Notes under the pieces: generated by a model
Told to the model about the DNA's origin: nothing
Databases searched by the model: none
Seen by the model: the letters and a program-made list of their open reading frames with translations, nothing else
Position numbers and translations under genes: made by a program
In this document: positions 1-10,985 of the stretch, in pieces
How positions within the stretch are numbered: position 1 is the first letter of the stretch
Layout: every line of letters starts with the position of its first letter
DNA from: Geosiphon pyriformis uo1
Taxonomy: Eukaryota > Fungi > Glomeromycota
Assembly (NCBI GenBank): GCA_016748015.1
Contig: JAAOMT010000201.1
Coordinates: 194,224-258,223 of the forward strand
Reading direction: 5' to 3'
DNA: 64,000 nucleotides

Positions 1-438
1 CAAGTGTTTGGCAGTTGTCTTTTGTAGTGTTGGAGTGTTTGAAGTGGTTCTTGAGTATTGCTTCAATCTTTGTTTGCCTTTATTGCTTGTTTCTGTCTCT
101 GATTTAAAGTCAAAAGAGTATTTAGACTGTACTGGGTATTTTTCTTCACAATGCTTAATAATATTAAAATTAAGTTTTTGGAAGTAGGTAGCAAGTGTTT
201 CACTGTTCAGGTCTTCTGTTCCCAAATGTGAATAATGCACTAAATTATTGTAGAGGTTGCTTCTAACTTCTGAAATGTTGTAGTTTCCAAAAAGATAATT
301 GTTGATGCGGTTTTCAATGTATTGGTATACTGATTTCTTTACAATTTCAATTCCGTCTGGAATGTTGAATCTTTGCTTGCAGTGGGTGTAAATTGACTGG
401 TAATACTCTAAAGTTGCTGTGTCTGGTGTGGTCGCCAC
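1..438 (-). pseudogene. gag: Gag N-terminal extension of R', starting at GTG
   Basis: Translates VATTPDTATLEYYQSIYTHCKQRFNIPDG..., nearly identical to ORF 62162-62671. Confidence 0.8.
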
Positions 439-464
439 TTTGAATTTGTTGTTGCTGTGTTATT

Positions 465-483
465 TCCGTGGGAGAGCACCAAA
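465..483 (-). promoter_or_regulatory. Primer-binding site, family P type
   Basis: TT-TGGTGCTCTCCCACGG directly after the LTR end; similar at ~3780-3798 and ~62698-62716. Confidence 0.8.
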
Positions 484-1487
484 TATTACTGGAGGTTTTT
501 GGTCTCTTTTCTTCAATGTTGGTAATGTTGATTTGCTGTGAATTCCCGTTTTCAGGAAGTAGTTGAACCTCCAATAACTGAATTTATCTTCAAATTATCT
601 CCTATAATTTGAATTGCTGGGCTTATAAATGGAATGGCCAATTCCTTGCCAGTTACTTTATGTAGTTACATTGTAGTAAATGTCAACTCTTTCCCAGGAA
701 TTGTTCATCTGAAAGCTTACTAAAAATGTGTAGTTACTTTGCTATGAAAGTCAACTTTTCTACAGGAATCTCGTCTGTAGACTATCCTAATGATTGTAAT
801 AAGAAAAATAAAAGAAATGTAAAAGAAATAGAATTTTGTCAAGAAAAACGTTTTCTATCCAGGCCTGGAGTTACTAACAGATTATTGAAATTGGTAGTTA
901 ATCAATTTCAAAACTTTAGTTGGGTTTTGGGGATTTTCCAAGTACAATAATTAAAGAATTTGGTTTTTTTGAATTATTTGATATTTATTTCTTTTTGTGT
1001 GTATAGAAACGGTTTTAAGAGATAAATCTAAAGTAAGATACATTTTTCAGAAGAGAAAAGCTCTTCTTTTATACAACTTGTTGTAATACTAGTTTATGAA
1101 CTTGCACTTTTTCTCTTTGCCCAAATTCCAGCAAACTAAAGATATATTTTGATAAACTACAAGTTATTTTGCTGAACTATTGATTAATTTGGGTGAACTA
1201 TTCATAATTTCGGCGAATTTCTGTAAATTTCGGCGAATTTCTTATAAATTTCGGCGAATTTCTGTAAATTTTGGCGAATTTTTGAATGTTACAAAGTTCA
1301 GGGTATTGTGTAATTTGATCATCTTACTTTCTGTTATACTAATTAGATTATTTTTAATTGAATCGTGATATGTGATAATTAATTAAATAATAAATGATAA
1401 TTTGAAATGATATTAATATACTAATGAATTATAGGAATTATAAGGGTAATTTCATGCTAATTAATAGCTAAAATTCTACTGGTAACA
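484..1487 (-). repeat. Family P 5' LTR of R'
   Basis: T(A)TTACTGGAGG...CTGGTAACA; aligns with 3799-4666, 39436-40402, 56079-57060 and 62717-63697. Carries a ~21-bp AATTTCGGCGAATTTCTGTA repeat at ~1205-1282. Confidence 0.93.
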
Positions 1488-3753
1488 GCGTCCATTACAA
1501 GAACTTTGACTGGAATGGTGATTCCATCAAGAGTGAATGGAAAATTGTCAATTTCTCCTACTGGGGTCTTTTTTATGTCATTGGTAGTGATGATTACTGT
1601 TTGAGCTGGTCGGTCAACATTTTTTTTCAACTGTTGCATTAACTGGTAGGTGATAATGCTTCTGGCGGATCCACTGTCTAGGATCAAGCAAATTGTCTTT
1701 CCTTTGACTTCGGCTTCAGTCTACATGGCTGTGATTGCTTTTTGTTCATTGGCAGCTGCATTGCTAAGCAGAAATGATGACTCATTTGCTTCGAACTCAA
1801 AAGGAAATATATCTGAAAGGTTAGCATTTTCAGTGATTCTGGCTGGTGGAATTGTGATGGGAGTATAAGAAGATTTTGTTGTTGTGCTGCAGCTCTACTT
1901 TTCGAGAGTACAGTATGATGAAAATCCTGTTCTTCTGGCATTGTTAAATAACTGGGTTGAGTGTAATAGTGGTTGGGTCTTGGTTAAGTGGTATTTCGGG
2001 GAACCAATTGGTTGTTCAAACTGATTTTATTGTTGTTTGCTTGGTATTGGTTTTGTGGTGTGAATTGATTTTGTGTAAGCAGTCTTTGAGCAGGTACTTG
2101 ACAATGTTGTGTAAGCGGTTGTTGGTATTGCTGTGGGATTGGCTGTGGGACAGGCTAATGATAGTTATTTTGGTATTGGGGTTTTGGTGGATAGTAAGCT
2201 GATAGTGGCAGTTGATAATAAGATTGCTGTGGTGGAGGGTAACGTTGATTACTCCTATTTTGTTGGTCTTATTGTAGCTTTCTGCAATTTTTTTTCCAGT
2301 GGCCAGAGATTCCACAGTAATGGCAATTCTGAGGCTGGTTATTGGAAAGTGGTGCAAAGTTATTTTGATTTTGTCTTTGGGGTGGTTGATATCTTTGAGG
2401 TTGCTGTTGTTGTTGATTGGTGAAATAGTTTTCAACCTTCTTTGTGAGTTGGTCAATTTTTTCTTCGGCTGCTGAGCTGGTTTCTTCAATTGCCAAATTT
2501 ACAAGTTTTGTGTGGTTGGCCTCTTCTATGGCTATTTCGTATCTTTTCACATGCTGTATGGCAGAGTTTAAATCTTCTGGCGCATGTGGGCAAACCTTTT
2601 TAATTAGTTTATCTTTTAGACCAGCGATAAATTGATCCAAGATTTGAGCATCGGAATAATAATCATTTGTCTCGAATTGGCGAATTCATCTGAGAAGTTT
2701 GTTGAATTTCCCAATATAAGTCATAACAGATTCGGAGGGTTCTTGTTTGATATTTCGAAAACAATTGCAAAGAGTAATGGAAGTGTTATTGTTGGTGAAC
2801 TGTTCAAGAAAGGCTGCTTTGAAAGCATTCCAATCATTGAATGGGGTGGCCAAGTTTTCAAACCATTCTCCTGCTGTTCCTTTTAGAAAGTAGGGAATTG
2901 TTCTTAACATTCTGGCAGCATTCCATCCATTTGCATCTCCAGCTTTAGTAACTTGGTCGAGCCATTCTTGGAGACTAGTCTCAATATCTTCTCTATTGAA
3001 TTCAGGGATTTTTGCGATGTATGTTGTCATTTTGTCTTCTTTTTTTTCACTGTCTATTGATTTTTCTTCAGTTATTTCAGAGTTGTTTTCTTTGTTTGCT
3101 GCTGTTTCAGAGTGTTCACTTTGATTTTCAGCTAGAAAATCAAGGAGATTGGAACTAGTTTAAAGAGGTTCTTGTTGTCTGGTGGGACTTCTGAGTGATG
3201 TAAAATCTTCTGGTCTTGTAAATCAATTTAAGGGTGAATTAAGTGTTTGTGCTTGTGCAAATGAAGCTGGAAAAGGTGTGATAGTAAGTGGAAGTTTTGA
3301 ACTGGTTCCTTGTTCAGGTGTTTGTAAATGTTTGAATGATATTTTGGGAGTATTGGGTGTTGTGTAAACAGGTCGGTTATCTCTTTGTCTTTTGTTGCTA
3401 CTGGTTTCAGGTTCAGATTTGAGTTCAAAGACAAATTGTGCATTTGCAGGATATTTTTCTTCACAGAATTGAATGATATTATAATCAAGTTCTTCAAAAT
3501 AAGTAGCACAAGCTTTAGCACTAATGTTTTCTGATTCAGTGTTGGAATAGTGTAGTATGTTCTCAAGAAGATCTTTTTTAACTGTTGTAATATTATAGTT
3601 TCCAAAGAGGTAGTTGTTGATTCGATTTTCAATGTATTGAAAAAGTGTTTTCTTGAAAGCTATGATTCTGTCGTGTATTTCAAATTGTTGTTTGCAGTAT
3701 GTGTAAATCAATTGATAGTACTCTAAGGTTGTGATGTCTGAGGCGGTCGCCAT
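1488..3753 (-). pseudogene. gag: gag-protease of R (retrotransposon Gag, CCHC zinc knuckle, aspartic protease)
   Basis: EWLDQV..AGDANGW...LKGTAGEWF, QFIAGLK, CHYCGISGHWKKNC, LILDSGSA; several in-frame stops. Confidence 0.9.
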
Positions 3754-3798
3754 TTTGAATTTGTTGTTGCTGTGTTATTTCCATAGAAGAGCACCAAA

Positions 3799-4666
3799 TG
3801 TTACTGGAGGTTTTTGGTCTCTTTTCTTAAATGTTGTCAATGCTTGTTTGCTGTGAATTCACGTTTTCTGGATGTGGTTGAACCTCCAGTAACTGAATTT
3901 ATCTTCAAATTATCTCCTATAATTTGAATTGCTGGGCTTATAAGTGGAATGGCCAATTCTATGCCAGTTACTTTATGTAATTACATTGTAGTAAATATCA
4001 ACTCTTTCCCAGGAATTGCTCATCTGGAAGCTCACTAAAATGTATAGTTACTTTGCTGTGAAAGTCAACTCTTCTACAGAAATCTTGTCTGTNNNNNNNN
4101 NNNNNNNNNNNNAATCAATTTCAAAACTTTAGTTGAGTTTTGAGGATTTTTTAAGTGCAATAATTAAAGAATTTGGTTTTTCGAATTATTTGATATTTAT
4201 TTTTTTTTGTGTGTATAGGAATGGTTCTAAGTGATAAATCTAAAGTAAGATACATTTTTTCGAAGAGAGAAGCTCTTCTTTTTATACAACTTGTTGTAAC
4301 ACTATTCTATGAACTTGAACTTTGCTATTTTCTACAATTTTACTGAACTAAAGATACATTTCGGCAAACTACAAGTTATTTCTGTGAACTATTAGATATT
4401 TTGATAAACTATCAATTATTTTGGCAAATTTCTATAAATTTCGGTGAACTTTTGAATGTTACATAGTTCGGGGTATTGCATGATTGATCATTGCAATTAG
4501 GTTACATTTGTGTTGTGTACAATTTGGATTATTAATTAAATGATAATTTCGGACATTTTTGCTAATGTAATAAGTAATAATTTGAAATAATAATATATGC
4601 TAATTAATAATAGGAATTATAAGATAGTTTCATGCTCAATGATATCTCTAATTTTGTCTGGTAACA
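3799..4666 (-). repeat. Family P 5' LTR of R (assembly gap at 4093-4112)
   Basis: TGTTACTGGAGG...CTGGTAACA, with PBS adjacent. Confidence 0.92.
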
Positions 4667-4871
4667 ATGTAATAAAAGACAGCAGAAAATAGAAATTACT
4701 AACAGTATTTACTTACTAACACAACAACTTTTTCAACTGATCCAACAACAAAAAATGAAAATTACAATTAACTAACAAACTATCAGATACACAAACACCA
4801 GAAAAGTACCATGAGATAAAATATGGAGAAAAACAGAAAACACTGTTGACAAAATAATTACAAAAATAAAA

Positions 4872-5318
4872 GTGGCAATAGAAACACAACCAAAAGTCAC
4901 TCAATATCAAGAGTTGACTATAGAAACTTGGGATTGGTGGATACAACAATTTCCAAAAAACTTTTGTTACTTTTATTTAAGACAACACTTGAACATTCAG
5001 GACTTGTATATGGATAAAACAAAACAATTATTTGACACAACAATACTACAACAACTGAAACAATTTGTGAGGAAAAACAATTTGATCACACAAGCAAGAG
5101 CTATTTATTGGCTACACACTGGATTTCAAGATCAACCAGAAATCTTACTCAATTCAGAAATGGACTTCATTATCATTAACCAAATAGAAAAAATAACCAA
5201 TGCTCAATTTGAAAAATTACAGAACAAAATAGCACAAGTAATTCTTAAAAAAAAAGTTCAAGAAATACTCAAAGATGAAGAATTAGAATTAGAAGATCTC
5301 AACAAAGCTCAATATTAA
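4872..5318 (+). CDS. Uncharacterised 3' (env-position) ORF of family Q, best-preserved copy; true start probably further upstream
   Basis: 148-aa open frame ending EDLNKAQY*, with the stop abutting the PPT; homologous to the 3' regions of T, Y and V. Confidence 0.7.
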   Translation: MAIETQPKVTQYQELTIETWDWWIQQFPKNFCYFYLRQHLNIQDLYMDKTKQLFDTTILQQLKQFVRKNNLITQARAIYWLHTGFQDQPEILLNSEMDFIIINQIEKITNAQFEKLQNKIAQVILKKKVQEILKDEELELEDLNKAQY

Positions 5319-5331
5319 AAGAAGGAAATAA

Positions 5332-6157
5332 TATTACTCATAAAATATAAGAAGTATATTAATATATAAATTAGCCAATTAGAATTAACCATAGTAAATA
5401 TAAAATTCCAGGATTTCTTTCAGAGGAATTGCAGGATTCCAGAAATTTCAAGATTCTCATATAAGGAATTGCAGGATTCCAGAATTCCAGGATTCTTCTC
5501 AAAAGAATTGCAGGATTCCAGGAATTTCAGGATTTCTGGTGTGAAGAATTGAAAAATTGAGAAATCTCAATTATGTATATATAGTGATAGTGTTAAAGAT
5601 AAAAAAAACAGACTTCTCAGTTTAGATTTAATTTAAGCAATCTTCCAAACTCACAAATATTAATAAATAATTATTTGATATTTTAATCCATTCTCTACTA
5701 TCAACACTTCATGTTGATAGTTTTTAATACTTAATCACACTGGAACAATAGCTTTTGATCATGGTTATTGATGAAATACTAACAATTATTGCCTTGGCTT
5801 ATTTCTTTATTTTCTTTTATTTTTTTTGTTATTTTTTTTGTTTTACTAATTTGATTAAAAAGATTTATGCATGAAGGTACTGATGTCAAAATATAGTACT
5901 GGTAAAAGACCCAGGAATAAGAGTAGATACTTGGAATTGAGGATATCTTACCAGGAGAATTACCGGTCATCATGCTGAAAAAAAAATTGATGAAACTGTG
6001 GTTTTGGGAAGCTACAGATAAAACAATTAATTAAATCTCTGTCCATTATACAAAAAACTCAACCAAAATCTTCAGATATTACCAACCATAGTAGCAATTA
6101 AGCATCAAGTTATGGGTTTGTTATTTGACTTAAAACCTCAAATAATTATTTGTAACA
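5332..6157 (+). repeat. Family Q 3' LTR of S (GGAATTGCAGGATTCCA-repeat U3 type)
   Basis: T(A)TTACTCAT...TTGTAACA; TATA-like TATGTATATATAG at ~5572; hairpin at ~5697-5721. Confidence 0.92.
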
Positions 6158-8924
6158 ATGTCCATTACATTCAGCAGACTTTCAAGTCACAGTTACAAAT
6201 GCCAGAGATTTTAAAGCAGCTGAATTAGAAGCCAACCACACCTAAGCTATAAATCTAATAATGAACAGATCATCTGATTTGAATTCCAAATTGAAGTAAT
6301 TCAGTAATTCGATCAATCAGAAATTAGAGAGATACTTAGCTAACAATAATTAAGCAATTTATCAATTTCCACAATGATGCAATAATCAAGGAAACTCTAA
6401 TTATTCCAAAATCAACTACATTCATCATTGTCAATCAATCAACAGTAACAACAGAAAATGCATATTTACCACTATTGTGGTAAACAAAGACATCTGCAAA
6501 TTGACTGCTGCCATTGCTTAAATGATCAATGATTAGAAAGTCAATATTGAAACTCCAATTGCTGGTTTCAAACTCTGAGTTATTAACCAAACTCAACATC
6601 ATATTAACCAAATAACCTATCAATAATGCAGTAGCCTATTTATTAACTACCAATTTATCAGACTTCAGCATCAGTTATTTATCAACCACAGCCACAAATA
6701 GTTTATTAACCTCAATTATTTCCAACACTGCCACAAAATCCAGCTCCAATGTCACATGGAAACTCATGGCCAAGAATGATCTAACAAAGCTGGAGATTGG
6801 TGATGGTAGTCTATTAGCCAATTTTCAGTTCATAAAACCAATCATCAGGATTATAACAGCAGAATTCAGAAACTGAATACATTTAAAATCCAAATTTTCA
6901 AAACTACTTAAGTTTTCTGGTTATTCCAGAAGATGTTTTACCCAACAACATGGAATCCAACCAAAAACAACCACTTACCAACAACATACCTTCAGCTATT
7001 GTTACCAATAATGAATCTTTAGCAGCAATTTTTCCATTCAACTTTGAGGAAATAATACTAGTCTTATTATTTAGTAGAACTGTGCTTAATGCCAAACCCA
7101 TCACTGTCATGTATACTAATGGCAAAGTTGATGGTCAATTCATCAAACTGATTCTTAACAGTGGTTTAACAGGCAGTATTATCACATAACAACTCATGAA
7201 CCAATTAGATTGCTGAGTTGATTATGCTGTTAGCACCAAAATAATAACAGCTAATAGAGTGATCAAAACCCCAATTGATAAAATTAACAACTTTTTTTTT
7301 GAAGTTAATGGCATTGTGATATTCATAAAAGTATTGGTAATAGAAGCCACCCAATACTAAGCACTAGTTGGCAATGACTGGTTGTCAAAAACCAATGCAA
7401 TGCTTAATTAGACCATATAAGAGCTCTAACTCAGTCAAAATGATTAACATATACACATACTAATTACATGTAGTCATTTTAAAATAAACACTAATCCAGC
7501 ACCATTCATAGAATTGAAAGAGGAAGAAAAAAAATATATGTGAGAAGCATATCAAGTCTTATGGGCCAACACCAATTACAACAAACTGTCACCAATACTC
7601 TCTTGAGACAACAAAAAAAAAAGAAAGAAGAAGAACATACTTAAAAAAACTACTGTTATAGAAAAAATAACTAGTGGCTGAGAAAGAAAATACTACCATA
7701 AATTAATAAAAAAGCTGCCATATATATCATTTAAATACAAGGACTGCAAAAAAAAACTTTCCTCTATAAGAGCTTGGATCACACTCAATGAAAATTATTA
7801 AACAAAAATCCACTATTATTGCAAACTATGTTACAGAAAATGCTATGGCTACCCAAAATGACAGAGAAAGTGGGACAATAAACTGTGTTTTACTTGTGAC
7901 AAACAATTACTCAATGAAAAATTGTGGAATGACATTCCTGGTTAAGGAGAAACATATGATACTTCATGCCAGTACATAATCTTCATAAGTGACTGGGTCA
8001 GTTGGAGAACATTTATAATAACTGCTTAACACTGAGTAATCTTTTGCTTGGACAGATACTCACATAACAAGAATAAAATTTGGTGAATGCCAAATGCCAA
8101 AGTTGAAAACACTTTGCCCAGTAAGATTTTAGAAATTAAAAACAACCTATCAAAATTAGTGAAAGCAGTTCTCATTCCAAATTCTAATGCTTTTTTCGAC
8201 ATTAAAATAGGCCCAGAAGAATTTCACAAGCACTATTAGAACCTAGCACCAATAAGAAAAGAACAAAAACAATGGCTAGAAGAATTGAATACCAGACTAT
8301 GCTAATATTGTTTAATTCTCAGTGATTTTGAGTATTGTAATAATTGTGACCTCATTTACAACCCATTACTATGTATAATCTACACGATTTCCAAAGAGAA
8401 AAAACCAATTAGCAGCTGTGCATTAGAATCGGAATTACCATTCAATACAGATTCAAACTCTAATGATGACAACAATAATAACAATGATTTCAGCTTTATG
8501 CAATATGGTAACAATAATAACAACAATGATTCAAACTCAAATACAAACCCAGAACAATATATTGCTCTTTTTAATCTTTCTAAAGAGCAGGAGCTCAAAT
8601 GGTTCAGTGATAACAATGAAGGTATCATGTTAGAATAAGTGCATAATACTGATGCAGAATTTGATCTGAGATATCTTGAGAAAAATACCATAAAATTAAA
8701 ACCATATTTATTTACATGCAATAATCTGAAAGTAGCACTAAAAATCCTGGCAACAACAATAGTAGCTAGCATTTAGGAGTAGTTTAGTAAAAAAAAAGAT
8801 TAACATAAGAGAAAAAATAATTGATGCAAAATATGTGGAAAATATCAGTGCAATACTACAAAATAATTCAGAAAAGACCTATATTATAGAGCCAAACAAA
8901 AAGATAGCACAGGCAATATTTTTA
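6158..8924 (+). pseudogene. pol: T gag C-terminus, protease, Cys-rich domain and dUTPase N-part
   Basis: ARDF.AAELEANH, KLILNSG, DAEFDLRY, EPNKKIAQAIFL; many stops. Confidence 0.88.
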
Positions 8925-10100
8925 CAAAGGGATATAAAAAGTATTGGACACTTAATATAATATATAAAAAAGACTATATATAGTAATACTATTACCAATT
9001 TAAGCCATAATTTTTTTTATAATTACCTATAGTTATAATCTACAAATCAACATAAATTGCATCTTTGTAAAACACAACAGTAGATCATATATGTATATAT
9101 AAAATATCAAACATTTTTGTTGTAAAAAAATTTACTGCATCAAATATGTCTTGGAAAAGAACTTTCTGAATACCAAAAAGGAGGGATTATTTCAGCAATA
9201 AAATTAGGACATACAAACAATGAGATTTTCATGACTATTGAATATTTACGTTTTTCTATAATACGTATATAGAAGTCATATAAGCTAAAAAAACTTCCTA
9301 AAAAATGAACAAACTGACCACAAATTCTTGACAAATGTGTATGTGAACAACTCAAATATTCAATAATAGAGAATAAAAAAACCTGACACCAAACTCTTTC
9401 TTAAATACAATTGAATTTTATTAAAAATACCAACAAATTTATTTCTATACAAACTATTTGAAATGAATTAGCTCAAAAAAAATTTTGCTCATGCATTTCT
9501 TATTTCAAGCCATTAATTTCCAAATCAAATAAAAAAAATGTTTATAATAGGCTTGTACTTATAAAAATTGGACAGTAGAAGATTTTAAACGAGTTATTTG
9601 GTTAGATAAATCTACATATACACAATTTAAGACTACAGGATTTGGACATGTATGACATAAACTTTCCAAAGAGTTTTATAAAGATTATATTGCAGCCACA
9701 GTTAGAAAAAGCTTTGGTTACATGTTTTGGAGATGTTTTTCATGGATTGGTTTGGGTTCTTTAGTTTCTTTGGTTGGTCATATTACTGGAGTTATATACC
9801 ATAAAACCTTGGCTAATTATGCAATTTTTATGGTAAAATTTGTCAATGTAATTTACAACCCTCAAATATTGTACAATTGGAACAGTAGGTTAAGAAAAAA
9901 TGGGATGCAATACCTGTAAATTACTATTATAATTTAATTAAGTCTATGCCATATCAAGTTCAAGCTATTCTTGAAGCAAATAGAGATCAAACAAAATACT
10001 AACATGTATTTTAATATAATAATAAAAAACTAATGATTCATAAGTTAGTTTTTTTATATAACATATTATAAAAGTGTTCAATACTTTTTATATCCCTTTG
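8925..10100 (+). mobile_element. Tc1/mariner DNA transposon, internally deleted, inserted in the dUTPase of T
   Basis: 29-bp TIRs CAAAGGGATATAAAAAGTATTGGACACTT (8925-8953 and 10072-10100, one mismatch); TA TSD (8923-8924 and 10101-10102); removal restores AIFLPLIK. Confidence 0.95.
9146..10002 (+). pseudogene. Tc1-type (DDE_3-like) transposase remnant
   Basis: KNWTVEDFKRVIWLDKS (WSDES-like), MFWRCFSWIGLGSL (WGCFS..GLGPL-like), WDAIP...NLIKSMP...TKY*. The QDN and PDLNPIE motifs are missing. Confidence 0.85.
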
Positions 10101-10102
10101 TA

Positions 10103-10985
10103 CCTCTGATTAAGATAGTTCAGTTAGTTTTAGTGGGAAAAAGGAAAGAATTAAGGATTACAGCTAGAGAAATTAATGGATTCAGATCCACAGGTAGAAT
10201 AAATATATCAGTTAATATGACAGAGGAAAAAATTGTTGACAAAAAAGAAATTATCTTTACTTGTTAATCAATTTCCATTCTGCCATATAACCAGTACATG
10301 ATAGCTATAAAAAAGAAAGTGAAGGATCAGGCTTAAATATTTGAAGCAAAAACCACAATCTGTGAATTAGAAAAAATTGAACTTACTAATTTTTACATAC
10401 CAGCCAAAAGCCCAAAACACATCAAAATTCTTATACACAACACAACTGGAAATGTTATTTAAATACCAAAAAAAACTACCATTGAATATTTAAGCATTGA
10501 AGTTGAAGACCAACCACCAAACACCATTTCAGATTTTTTACAGCTTTGCAGATATGTAGATATCATATTACAAACAATCTACAAACAAAACAAATGTTAT
10601 TTGCTTCAACTAGAACAATTAAAACAGATAAACTTGGGAAATTTAGACCTATTCTAATATATGCAACTCAAGATGCTATTCAATAACTTTACTAATATTT
10701 TTGCCAGTAAAGACAAATTTGGCAGAACTAATATCATTCAGCATTAAATTAAGACTGGTAATGCAATGCCAATTAAACAGCAAGCATATAAAGTACCACC
10801 AGCCAGCCATGAGATCATCTGACAAAAAATCAACAGAATGTTAAACAATGAGTTAATTCATTCATCAATAAGTTTATAGTCATTACCAGTGGTATTCATT
10901 CATAAAAAAAATGGAAAAATTTGCTTTTGTATAGATTACAGAAAACTTAATAGTATAATTTGTGAAAACAGTTATCCAACTCCAT
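10103..10985 (+). pseudogene. pol: T dUTPase C-part, linker and RT N-terminus
   Basis: TARE.NGFRSTG; PVVFIHKKNGKICFCIDYRKLN..YPTP. Confidence 0.85.

Larger units (their letters stand above)
1..1487 (-). mobile_element. Ty3/Gypsy family P element R', 5' end only (rest lies left of window); inserted in the protease region of element R
   Basis: LTR 484-1487, PBS at ~465-483, gag N-terminus 1-438. Right flank GCGT resumes the protease of R (..VLVMDA). Confidence 0.9.
1488..4666 (-). mobile_element. Family P element R, 5' part (LTR, PBS, gag, protease); inserted in the 3' region of element S
   Basis: LTR 3799-4666 with PBS; gag ORF fragments 3223-3753, 2686-3030 and 2269-2640; protease 1488-1690. 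Confidence 0.9.
4667..6157 (+). mobile_element. Family Q element S, 3' end (3' ORF, PPT, 3' LTR); inserted in gag of element T
   Basis: PPT AAAAGAAGGAAATAA before the LTR at 5332; no PBS after the LTR; gag of T resumes at 6158. Confidence 0.88.

Noticed and set aside
1957-2489. Antisense and alternative-frame ORFs (also 46953-47237, 38492-38917, 60866-61254)
   Set aside because: Shadow frames of Gln/Pro/Asn-rich gag; they recur only because the element is repeated.
4093-4112. Shorter LTR in element R
   Set aside because: Explained by the assembly gap.
5400-5550. Short periodic repeats resembling a CRISPR array or satellite
   Set aside because: No unique spacers and no cas genes; they are U3 repeats inside LTRs.
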